A stretch of 64,000 nt of DNA. Origin: Azolla caroliniana (Eukaryota > Plantae > Polypodiophyta). Position 1 is the stretch's first letter; the number at the start of each line of letters is the position of its first letter. Location: the NCBI GenBank assembly GCA_043228905.1, contig JBHGNT010000008.1, forward strand, positions 15,810,001 to 15,874,000, written 5' to 3'. Under the pieces are notes generated by a model. That model made no database searches. It worked only from the letters and a program-made list of their open reading frames with translations, and was not told the DNA's origin. The position numbers were made by a program, and so were the translations under genes. Of this stretch, positions 45,981-57,907 are shown piece after piece.

Positions 45981-47343
45981 GGTTTTCTTCTTCTGATTAG
46001 AATTAGGGTTTGCTCTTCAAGTTCAAGGCAGGCAGGTAGGTAGGCAGGCAAGAAAAGGGGGGGGTGGGTTGCAGGTCCATCCATCTTCTCTTTTTTCTGT
46101 GATTTTTGTTGCCCATCCATGGCGATGGCGATGGCGATGGCGATGTTTCTCGTCCTCACTAGGGCCCCCTTCCCCACCAGAAATGGTGATGGAGTCAATG
46201 GCGATGGTCATCCATCTCCCCTTCTCCCCCTCTTCTCCGTCTCTCAGAGACCCAGACCCAGTCTCCTCTGGATTAAATTAGAAGCATTCGATAAACAGGT
46301 CAAGCTCCCTCCCCCTTCTTCTTTAAAAGAAAGAATCCCTAATCTTCCACAAGTTTCCTCTGTTCCACTGACGAATCCCAAACCTTCCATGATTTCCCTG
46401 TGTTTAAAAAGTAAACCCTAATCTTGCGAACCAGCCGGAATCCTCCCAGAAACAAACCCCCTGTCTTTTTTTTTTGTGTGTGATAGAGACAAGCCCTGCT
46501 GCTGTTCCTATCCTCCCCCAATTCATCTATGCGCATATACTTCTGTTTTTGCATCCCTCGTCTCTGTCTTTATGCACCTCCTCTGTCTTCTCAGAACTGT
46601 GCCATGCGCTTTATTTTCTCGATTAACCCCAATGTTGTCTGGTTAACCTTGACCATTTCACTAGTTAACTGTAATTTGCTACGCCTTTTCTCCCGCTCTT
46701 CAATCAGTAATAAGGTGAAAACAAAAAGAGAGCACGTACTCCTCTAGCAGGGTAGTTGAGGATTATTAATGTCGCTCAATCATTGTTTCCCAGCTTTATA
46801 TGATCTGCACCATATATTCTCAACTGATCCCATCTATGACATTCAATTGATTCCACATAGATTCCCATAAATTGGTTACGCATATAGCATCAATAAAACA
46901 AATGCTGCCAGATTCCACACAGATTCTTTTCTGTTCATTTTGCATCGATAGCTCATATGGTCACCAACCAATTCCACATAGATCGATTGTAGATTCCCTT
47001 GAGTTGATTCCACGTGGATCCTTATCAATTGTTTCCATGTAGATAAACTGATGAGTACCATTCGATTCCACCTTTAGATCGGCCTTTAGATTGATAACCT
47101 GATTCCAGCAAAAAGATCAAATGGATTTGTTTCTTGATTCCATTGAAGATTGATCAATATGATTCACATCGTATTGATTACACAAACATTCTCATCAAAA
47201 TTGATACCACATAGATTCTCATTGAATTGATTCCACACAGGTTCCCGACAATCGGTGGAATCTCCATTTCTTGATTGAATGTTGATTTGAGAAGAGACTG
47301 GATCCATCCAGTTTGAATTGAATTGTTGGGCAGAGTGCAACCA

Positions 47344-50300
47344 ATGGAGGTGGTGGCTGCTGGAAATACGAACACAACTGAGAAAATCGAGCCAAAAAGG
47401 AGAAGGCAACGGGCTGGAAAAGGACTGATGGCAGTAAACCCGGAGCTGGAGTTGGGTAAGGATAAGAAACGTTCATATGGGCTGAAGAGCTGGAATAGGG
47501 GCCGGAATCGGAATCGTCGGTTGTTGGGGGAGAAGAATGGGCAGCCACCTGCCGGTTGGGTTGTGTTGTGGGAAGGCCGTTTCAAACGATGGAAGTGCCG
47601 TTGGTTCTCGGCTCATCTCCCTGGCCTCCTCCTCTACTACAAGAATTCTGATCAACTGAGTCAAGCCGGTTTCATTAGCCTCGAAGTAAGTATCTATATG
47701 TATTGTGTGAGAGGGATGTTCAGCATTATGAGACGGGATTAGGCAGGCAGAGCATACCTAGCAATGGGGAGGTGGTAGGGGGATAATATTGGGTTGGTTT
47801 TAATGTGGCAATCAAATTGGGAAAATTGATAAGACTTATTTTTTTGTTGACTGATTTCCTTATGCCAAGAAGTGGCATGTTGATGGATCAGTTCTATCAG
47901 CATTATGGATGTTTGTCAGGGGACATGGCAGTGCATACATAGATATATGGGGGGGTAATACTAGGTTTGCTATTCCACAATGTTAGGAATCATATTGGAC
48001 AAATGTCTTAAACTTCTTGTGCTATTTATGAAGAAGTGGAACATAGTTTGATCCCAATGTTATGAGCTTCTTGACATGATGTAGGGAATGCCTAGTTTAT
48101 ATTGTTTTGGGTCAAAGGGAAACAGATAATAATGGAAGTTCCTGACTTAAGAATTTTGTGAATTTTATTTGATGCTTGTTCTGAAATCATGGATTATTGA
48201 CGGTTCGAAAAATGGATATATTGCTGCAGGGAGCTCATGTGTCACCTGTAGCAGGGAAAGAGCGACAATTGAAGATCCGAAGAGGTTCTCAGATCTACTA
48301 TTTACGAACTCTCAACAGAGAAAACCGCCAGGTATAAGAGTTTGCGATATTAAAAACATGTTGTATGAGCACTCAATGGCACTAACAACAAAGTATGGGC
48401 ACTTGTCACCCATGCTGCTGAGCTCTAGTAGATGCTGTGAGTTTTGCTTAGATACCTTCTAAAGTCTTCTGCAATAATAAGGGTAGTTGGATTTTATTGA
48501 GACAATAAAAAAATCTGTTGAACCCTTATTACACCCTTATTTACAGACATGTGCTTGTTATGTTAATATGCACACAATCACGAGGACAGTAGGTTTTATT
48601 ATCCCTATTCAATTGTTGAATGGGGTGCAGGCTTGGTTGGAGACAATTAACAAGTCTATTTCCACCTATGAAAGGTCACTGCAGAAAGTTTCATTGGGAG
48701 ACAAATCTGAAATAGTGCAGGCATCCCAGCAATATCTGCCATCAGTAAGATTGTAGTTCTTTTGTTTCATTGATTCCAGTCAAACCTCTGATTTAAACAT
48801 ATATCCATGGTGCATGGCAGCGCCTTGCTGAAGAGTGGAGACAACAAGAAATAGAAGTTAAGAGGAGGATTGCAGAGAGAATGCAAGAGCTTGAACCCAT
48901 AAAACAGGGTAATATACCAACAGTCACGAAAATGAAATTGGACATATGTTCATGAAAAATCATGATTACTTTTCTTGACAATGTTGAAACTTTGCAGCAT
49001 TCTTGCAGCAATTGCAAACAATACAGAAGTCACTATCTGACATCTCTGGAGCTCTCGGACTCACAACAAACTATGTCACTGGAGTGTGTTCAAGAAATGA
49101 AGAAACATACATGACTGAACTGAATTCAGTGAACATGCATTTGCCACCTGCAAATTTAAATGAAAATGGAAGATCACCATCTATAGAAAAGATGCAAGCA
49201 GACCTATTAGGCGAGCGTCCTACACCACATAATGTAGGTACAGAAGAAATTGGAACCATTGAGGAAATAAAGACTTCAGAATGTGAAACTATGGAGAATG
49301 ATTCTCGACTCAAGAAAGGGGGTTGTATTGGGAGGGAGATGTTTAGGTTGAAGCGGAGAGAAACAATAGGTATATTATCTCCAGTAGAAAAAGGGCATTA
49401 TTCATCTGATACGGAGGTCTTATTGAGCTCAAGTGTTCCCAAACGACTGTCTAACTCAAACACTAGTGATATAACTTCAAAACCAAAACATCAACATGGT
49501 CGACTCTCTGTTTCCCGCAGTGTTGAAAATTTTACCCTGAATTATATCAATGAATTCCCTGGGAAGGATGCTGCTTCTCATGACATGAAAAACATAATAG
49601 ATATTCAATCGTCAAACAAAATAGAAAACAATAATGCCTATGTGCAGAGAGGGAATTTGCAAAATCAATCACATTTTGTAATAGCACCAAATCTAGCTGA
49701 TCACCCTACTCAAGGACAACTGCAAAAATCTTGGAATATCATGCAGGAGACGTTTGCGGAGGTTCTGAATCTCTCTCTCTCTCTCTCCCTCCCTCTCTCT
49801 TTCCAATATTCTCTCATGTAATGCCTTTTCTTTTATTGTTAACGTATCATTTATCTGTTTTGATTCCCTGTGAATATTGGTTTTATTTTCAACCTTTGTC
49901 TATTTTGGGATTTAGATTTTGAAGGAAGAGATCCAAAGAGTAATTGAGCTAGAGGCAGAGAATGCTGCTCTGCAACAATCCTTAATGATGCTACCACAAC
50001 TGCAACAAGATCATAGGGATTTGCTGAATCTTAGAGAACAAATCCAGGTTAACATTGTTTTGAATGTGCTTAATTGTTTCCACACAGTCTAAAGTTCAGT
50101 TTATGTTTGGAATGCTGATTGTATGTGGAGGTTTTTACCATTGTTCTCAGGAATTTGAGCCACCTATTAAATTCTTTCACTTTGTTTTTATTGGAAGACC
50201 TAAAATAGGCAGTATTGAAGTCAGTACATTAAGTCTGTAAATCTATTGTATTTTTCAAGTTTTACAGTTCAATTTTGAAACTTTCTTAGCTAAGTGGATG

Positions 50301-53300
50301 CAAGAAATATTAGGTAAAGCGTATGATGCTAGGTTTTTCATTTCTTAAATGCACCAATAACACTAAATGTGTTATTATAGATTGTTGAATAAGATGTCAT
50401 ATACTCTAAGCTTTCTTATATGTAGTGCATTCCCGTCCTTTGTGAGACATGAGCACGTATTTTAGGAACCTCGAAGGTTGAGGAATATTTTATGGATCCT
50501 GTTCTCAATGCAGTTATCTCTTTGCTTTTTTGGATAAATTTTTTATTTATATCCAGACTATGGAGGCCAGTTTATTCAATTTTATAATTTTTTGGTCAGA
50601 GAGACAAAACATGCAAGATCAGCACCACAGATGATAGATATGTGGATGGTGAATATGGTGATGATGAAGACACTGATGATGAAATATCTATTGTCCTAAC
50701 TGATGTCACGAATGAGGTAATCTTGATAATCCACATGTTTGAGCTCTATAAAATCTTTGATGAGGTCACACGTACTATGAGTGTGGCTAATCCTAAGTAT
50801 TCACCTCTGAAATTTCTACAACATTTATTTTGAAGGACTACTTTGAGGCCTTAGAAGTGCTGAATCAACATGAATTTATTTCAAAGTCAAAATCAGAAGT
50901 TGACCTGGAAATCCTTGCAGAAAAGTTCGAATATAGTCAAGAGCCTCCTGAGGAAGGTGATTCAATCGATATAGAGAATCTATCTGAAGTTGAAACTGAA
51001 GATTATGAGCATCCTCGAACCAGGTTAGAAGGTTCCAGCTCCCTTTATCTGAGTGTTTAGAGGGTATGTATAGACTTGGCATTAAATATCATTTTTCATG
51101 CAGTAAAACTTTGGGAATGTATGGACAATATGTGTATCTTACAACCATATTTTAATGATCAGAAGAATATATCATTGCTCTCTGTGATGATTGCTTTTAG
51201 TTATAGGAATTCTTGGTATCTTGAGCTCTTGATTGCAACTAGTTCTTTGGGTTATTATGTTACATTGAAATTCCACCACAATAATATAACTATATTATGA
51301 AAGGAAGTGTGTGTGTGCAAATATGTCAAACTGATGCACTAGATTTTGTTATTCTCATTTTATAATGTAGGTTGCCTGCACCTAGGCCGTTACAAAGGGG
51401 CTTCAGCTTATGGAATGTCCTAAAGAATGCCATTGGGAAAGACTTGAATCATATCACAATGCCGGCTACAATCAATGAGCCACTTTCGGTATTACAGAGA
51501 TGTGCTGAGGAACTGCAATACTCGTAAGAGTCAGCTTTCTATTTATTAGCTATAGAATCAACCTTTCCAACCCTGTGAGGTAGGACTGTGTCCCTGTTTC
51601 TTGCAAGTATCATTGTATCATGGACACGTGGGCTTGCTTCGTAAGCCCACTTCTAGACAAAGTTGCATAGCTATCCACTGTAGGCATATTAACCTTGTAT
51701 AATATCATACTAAGTTTATGGGATATTATACCCTTTTTTGTTCCTGATGGTAATATCGTACTCCTACAGTTACTGTAACTTGAATTCCTTTTCCAGGTTG
51801 CTAACAATCTTTCTGAACTTGTTTACTTCTCTTCTTCTTTTTCTTTATGTTATTTTGAGCCAGAAATTTGCTTGAGAAAGCTTCACAACTTGATGATTCA
51901 ATTGCGCGGCTTGTCTGGGTCTCAGTATTCACATGTGCAACATATCATGGCTCACCTCACAGGGATGCTAAACCGTTCAATCCATTGTTGGGGGAAACAT
52001 ATGAATGGCAGGATGGCAGGTTGCGTTTCATTGCCGAACAGGTGGTTATGGGTGATTCATATGTGATAATATTCTTAAAAGTATCTGTCTTGTATTTCAA
52101 TTCATTACAGGACAATCTGTACTTAGACTGAAAATTTTGCAGGTGAGCCATCACCCGCCAATAATGGCCTTCCATTGTGACAATGTGGTGAATGACTTCT
52201 CCTTATATGGAGAAGTGGAGATCAAGAACAAATTCTGGGGAAAGAGTGTTGAGGTGATACATTTTGATTTATATCTGCATATACATGCATGCAGATGTGT
52301 CTTTTGAATGTTTTCATGTCAGAGTCCTATCCTTACATTTATTTTTTCTTTGGAAGAAACTAACTGGTGCTTTACTTTTATGAAACTAGGTTTTATTTGA
52401 GTTCAATACTTTCTGTGTTTTAGGTGAACTCAATAATTTTGCATGGGAAACTTTTAGGTTTTCCCAGTCGGCAATGTGCATTTGCGAATGTCAAGATTTG
52501 GAGATCATTTCACATGGAACAAGGTAACTACGTGTATACATAACATGGTGGTTGGGAAGCTGTGGATCGATAATTATGGGGAATGTGTGATTCGAAACCA
52601 TACAACTGGTGAAGAAAGTCGTATCCGCTTCCATAAAGCTAATAGCAAGGAGCAGGGACATATCACAGGAAAGGTAGAAAGATATCTTATGGGTCTTAGC
52701 TGATTTTGTTGCCTTTAAAATTGTAAATACACATAAAAAGCACCAAAATAACCCCAACTTGTTCAGTATTTACTCCGTACCATAAATGTGCAGAAAATGC
52801 CTTCTCTTTTAAAGGGGTATTCCAGTATCATTTGGTAACTTAGGAGGCCTTCTTGTAAATATTCAACAAGTTAGGGTATTTTGGTGTTTTCCCCTTGCAC
52901 AAATTTTTCGAAAGGCAACAGGATAAAGTATTGGTAATCCTTTTGTTGGAACACAAAATTAACGTTTTTTTCCACTTTTGGGTCTAAAATGATATTTTTT
53001 TGTACTTGCACAAATTTTTCTAAAGGTGACAGCATAAAGTATTGGTAATCCTTTTGTTGGAACACAAAACTAACGTTTTTTCCCACCCTATGGACCAAAC
53101 TTGCATGTGGGTTCTATCTAATTAAATTTATAAACATGTTCTGGTTTTTTGTTTCACTCTGTAGATTTGCGATAGCAATGGGGTCCTAAAATGTTCTATT
53201 CATGGAAATTACATGAAGGAGATATCAATAACTCCTGAGGCATCCTGGACTGTATATGATGAGGGGAGCAAATGCTTATGGAAATGCCCCTCTCCGCCTG

Positions 53301-53829
53301 AGGATTACCAACAACAATACTGCTTTTCGCAGTTCACTATTGGTCTCAATGGTATACAAATAATATAATGAAAAAATCCAACATACTCCTCAGTTTTCCT
53401 TTATTTTCCCAAATTCTCGAAACTTTTTGCTATCCCCAAATTTCCTTGGTCAATCCCCAAAAGGGAGAATGAAAAGAGGATTGCTCAAATATAATTTTGC
53501 TCAATTGAGAAAAAGGAGGATGAATTAACGATATATCTGAATATTTATAATTTCTCAAGTGGGACCGTGGTCTTGGGGAAATAAAGAAAACTTGGGCAAT
53601 ATTGTGGAATTGTTTTCCCACTTAATTAATCAAAAGCTTTACAAATTTCTTTGAAACTTTACACAGAATTGACACCTCAACTGAGTAATAAACTGCCACC
53701 GACGGATTCGAGATTTAGACCTGACCAGCGTGCACTGGTATGTTTACACTAATACGCACTTTGCACATGGGGATGACCACCAAGGAATGCAGAGTTTTTG
53801 AATAATAACAATATAATGCATTTATTTTA

Positions 53830-53861
<32 letters not shown>

Positions 53862-54391
53862 CTTGAGTTTTAAAAAGCAGTTATTTTGGTTGGCAATAGG
53901 AGGATGGGAACTTGGAGTTGGCAACACCTGAGAAAATCCGTTTGGAAGAAAAACAACGCGAAGCTTACAAGGGGAGGAAACAAAATCGACAAGAGTGGAG
54001 ATGCATGTGGTTTCAACAAGTAATTCAAACCCTCCAATATCTTATTTTATCTCAATATAGACTCCGTTCAGTACGACGATATTTTTTGTATTTTGTCGTG
54101 TTTCTTTATACTCTATTTTTTTGCAAGTGAATGTCAATACAACTATGTCTCCCTAACTAGGCTCTTTTTCTTCGTTCTTTCTTTCTTCATCGAGCCCCTA
54201 AGCAATACTAGTACTTTTTCTTCGTTCTTTCTTCATTGATATCACTAAGCAATACTAGTCTCTTTCAGAGGGTTGCAGGTGTGTCCCAAGTGAAGATGCA
54301 AGGTGATGAAGAACCGTCATGGGTCTTCAACAGGCTATACTGGGATGCACGCGATAGGATGGATTGGGAAGGCTGCCCTGATATCATGTGA
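47344..54391 (+). CDS. Oxysterol-binding protein-related protein (PH + coiled coil + FFAT-like + ORD), 16 exons: 47344-47685, 48230-48331, 48631-48744, 48821-48908, 48998-49761, 49916-50047, 50600-50716, 50836-51023, 51371-51523, 51864-52041, 52143-52253, 52458-52673, 53165-53351, 53667-53737, 53900-54019, 54269-54391
   Basis: OSBP signatures KPFNPLLGETYE, EQVSHHPP, IGKDL.HITMP...NEPLS.LQR and LPPTDSRFRPDQRALE. N-terminal PH features (KRWKCRWF..LLLYYK; AWLETI). GT-AG splice sites with consistent phases. Confidence 0.9.
52890..53085. repeat. Intronic direct duplication, ~112-bp period
   Basis: CTTGCACAAATTTTT..AAAGG..ACAG.ATAAAGTATTGGTAATCCTTTTGTTGGAACACAAAA.TAACGTTTTTT occurs twice. Confidence 0.85.
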
Positions 54392-55162
54392 TGTTTCCAC
54401 TTCACAACCGGACATATTCTGGAACGAGTCATGTCTATTAAGCCACAAGAAGTACATGGATATTACACATTTGTTCCGAAGCATATATATTCATTTCCAT
54501 AGCAAAGGGCATCGAGAGTACACTCTTCCAAGAAATTTGTGATATAATTTACCATCCATTTCTGTGCCTTTGCAAAGATCTCACAATAACAATATTATCC
54601 CTCTCAACTCACAACATTCATATATACATAATCCTGTCTCAACAATACCCATTCCATAGAGTGAAAATGATTTGTTCACATTGTTTACTCTACATATAAA
54701 GCAAGACTAGTATGTAGACTACCCAAAGATTTATAGATTCAAATTAACCACACACAAGAATATATTTGTCAATGCCTGCCCAAACCTCCCAATTTGGCCC
54801 CTCTTCAAAATACTACATAAATGAAATATTCTAAAGTTTCAAGGCTTTTAGATTTAGTTTATTTGGAGACTTCATTCATGTGAGTTTTATGTGTCGTAAG
54901 GGGTTTGCCAAGGATGTTAAGTGTATGCAAAAATGTCCCCACCACATTTAATTGCTCAATCAACCTGTTTTCTAATCTTAGAAGTTAAAAACATCACAAT
55001 ATCCACTACCATGAAGGTAAAAAATTGCAAATCATAGTTTACAATCATTTTTAAGTTTATGTTCATAATCGTAACTTGTAAGAATTCTAAAGATTATAAC
55101 TACAGAAAATGATGGTAAAAAATCTATATGATACTTGAGAGTTCTTAATTGTTAGTAATGTC

Positions 55163-55469
55163 GAGAGATCGACAATGGCTTAGTTCAAGCTTGAATTGAG
55201 CTGTTAAATCATTTATAAAATGTTTGGTGGTTTTGTTTTGTTTGGTTTAGGCGTGACCTTTGTGAATCGGTTTTGAGATCGGTTTGGAAAGGTTCAAGCT
55301 GAACTGAACCAAATTGGGCCAAACCGATTGAGGCTAAATGGTTTGTCCAAATTGGTTTAGGTGCAACTTGGTTTGAGTTTGAAAACTTCTAAAGAGGTTA
55401 AGGCTTAACCAGTTTAGTTTGGACAAGGCCAAATTAGTTAAGCCAAAACCGTACCGTTGTCGATTCCTA
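55163..55469. mobile_element. hAT-like MITE
   Basis: Imperfect TIRs GAGAGATCGACAATGG and CCGTTGTCGATTCCTA, degenerate 8-bp TSD (GTAATGTC/ACAATGTC), and many internal AACCG/CGGTT subterminal motifs. Confidence 0.6.
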
Positions 55470-55704
55470 ACAATGTCCTAAAGTCTTTACCATTTGTCCT
55501 ATAGTCATTGATGAGATTAATTTCTTGTAAACATGCAAAACTATATCTTAAGCGTTAATTTTTCATAATGGATTTTAGTGTATGGCAATCAATTTATTGA
55601 TTATCATAAGAATTAAGGCAACTCTCATAGGGCCATGACATGTGCCAACACAATCATGATGACCTGAGAGCCTAGGTTTTGCAATTATATAATGAGTAGA
55701 TAAC

Positions 55705-56220
55705 CGCATTGACTTAGGGTGGACAACCTTCTTTGTTGGAATGCTATGAGACACACCAATGCTTGCAATGAGGTTCTTGATATCATAACATTGTGTTGAT
55801 TGCATATGAGTTACGTTTCTATCTAATATTTGATGGTGTTCATAATCTGTGTTAGGTTCTTTACTTCGGATTGGCTTAGAGTGGACAATCTTCATTGTTG
55901 AAAGCTAATGGTTGTAGTGAGGATATTGATATCATAACGATATGTTGGTTGCATCCGAGGTACATTTCTATGTAATAGTTGATGCTATGGGAAGTCGATG
56001 GTGTTTATGATCTATCTTAGTTCCTTTACTCCAAGTTGACTTAGAGTGGACAACCTTCTTTGTTGGAATGCTATGAGACGTCTACCAATGGTTGTAGTGA
56101 GGATCTTGATATCATAGCACCGTGTTGTTTGCATCTACGTTATGTTTCTAAGTAGCATTTGATGGTATGGGAAGTCGATGGTGTTTATGATCCATCTTAG
56201 TTACTTTACTTTGGATTGTA
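55705..56220. repeat. Diverged tandem repeat, ~160-170 bp x3
   Basis: CTTAG.GTGGACAA.CTTC.TTGTTG..A..CT....GAGG.T.TTGATATCATA.C..TGTT recurs at ~55712, ~55877 and ~56040. Confidence 0.85.
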
Positions 56221-56404
56221 AAAATGCACATCATCTATATCCATATGGATATCTTCACGAAATTGACATGTCATATAAAACATTTCTACCTAACAAACAT
56301 ACATAAAAATAACACCTTGACTAAGTTGCTAAGCATATGTATATAGTTTCGTAAATTTGATGTGCGTGAGTCATAAGCTAGTGTCCCACAATACTAAAAA
56401 GTAT

Positions 56405-57522
56405 GTTGTTAGCGACACAAACACATCTTTAATTGTGTTGCTTTAGTACTATTATTGTGCGATGCAGTTAACGACCCATTACAATGCTATTTGCACATCA
56501 CATTGCAATGTATCTTGAAGAGTTGCATAGCAACACTATCGTGATGTGGCGTGGCCAAAGGTAGAAAAGAGGAAAAGAAAGGGGGCTCAAGATTGTACAT
56601 CTATACTTATGAAAATATTTAATTTATTATAATAAATAAAGGTGAATAACCTATTGGTTAGAGCTATTGACCTTGTGCTATTAAGGACTAAGTATTCTCT
56701 CTTTATTTTCAAAGCAAAAAGGGAATAAAAGCATTAAATGTCGAAATTAGGCAACTCTTTTCCATAAAAGGAAGAGAAGAGGGCTTATTTCGGGTTGCCC
56801 ATTTTGTGTCTTGGAGCATACCATTAGGGTTTTATTTTCCTCTTCTTTGTAAGGATCTAAAGCTCTTCTTCTCCTTGTTCTCAAGCGTACCTTGAGACCG
56901 ATTTGTTAGCGAGCGCCATTACGTGTTCGTGGATTCAATGAAAAGGTTAGGCAAACTCGCGTGTTGTTCGCGAGGACGAAGTGGCCCAAGAACACTACTC
57001 AATGTGAGGCATCGTAGCGTTAGGAGGTAGTTGTGGTCTTGACGACCCACTTGACTAACACCTTCATTGAAAACTTGGTTTACTTCCCAACTTTTGTTTC
57101 CATTTAAACTTAATGGTTATCCTCTGATTGTTCATTGTATCACTTCTCGTTACCACCACTGTACCTATTCACTATGAACATTTTGTAACCGTATTTTGTT
57201 AAAGGGATTTTCTTTTGTAATCTAGTGTTTTTGGCCTACAAAGTGGCACCTTTGGTCTTAATATTGTGCAATCTCTTCGTAATCTCATGTATTGTTGTGT
57301 TAATTGCATATTTTGATCCTAACCTCATGCGTTAATCCTTGTCTCATTGGTCACTCCCTTTGACTCTAGGAGCTTTCGATTCTAGCAAACCTTCAATTTT
57401 GAAGAGCCTTTGACTTCGATCGTGTACAAAGTGGATCAAGCCCTTATGCTCACAACATCATTGTGGCTATGCTTGTTTAATTGTTACACATCACAAATTC
57501 GAGGTGACCAACGGGGATAACA
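56405..57522. mobile_element. Possible solo LTR
   Basis: Bounded by TGTT... and ...ATAACA, non-coding, with LTR-like internal motifs. No convincing TSD. Confidence 0.3.
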
Positions 57523-57907
57523 AAAGAAAAATTGTTGAAAAAGGATGGTGACTACGTCATTCTCACAAAAAATGTGAGGACAACCACCAAGATCCTTACC
57601 CCGAAAGACAACCATTGATCAAGTAATATCACGTAACAAATTCCGAATACACACATATATGTTTATGACATGTATACGATCAAATATATATACATATGAT
57701 CACATATATATAAAAGAATTATTGACAAAACATAAACCAACAAATGATGTAATCGAGATATGTAATCGAGGCATATCGCCTCTATGCACATGCAACATCC
57801 AAAAAAAAAGAGTGAACATAATACGCAATCTTACACATACGACACATATCGCATTATCCAATATATGACAATTGAGGTATTGACCTCATACGCATATGTA
57901 ACATAAG

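Noticed and set aside
46119-46421. Third MAMAMAM-starting ORF as another copy of the shared transit-peptide module
   Set aside because: Similarity is limited to an (ATGGCG)n microsatellite; flanking leader and exon sequence are not homologous.
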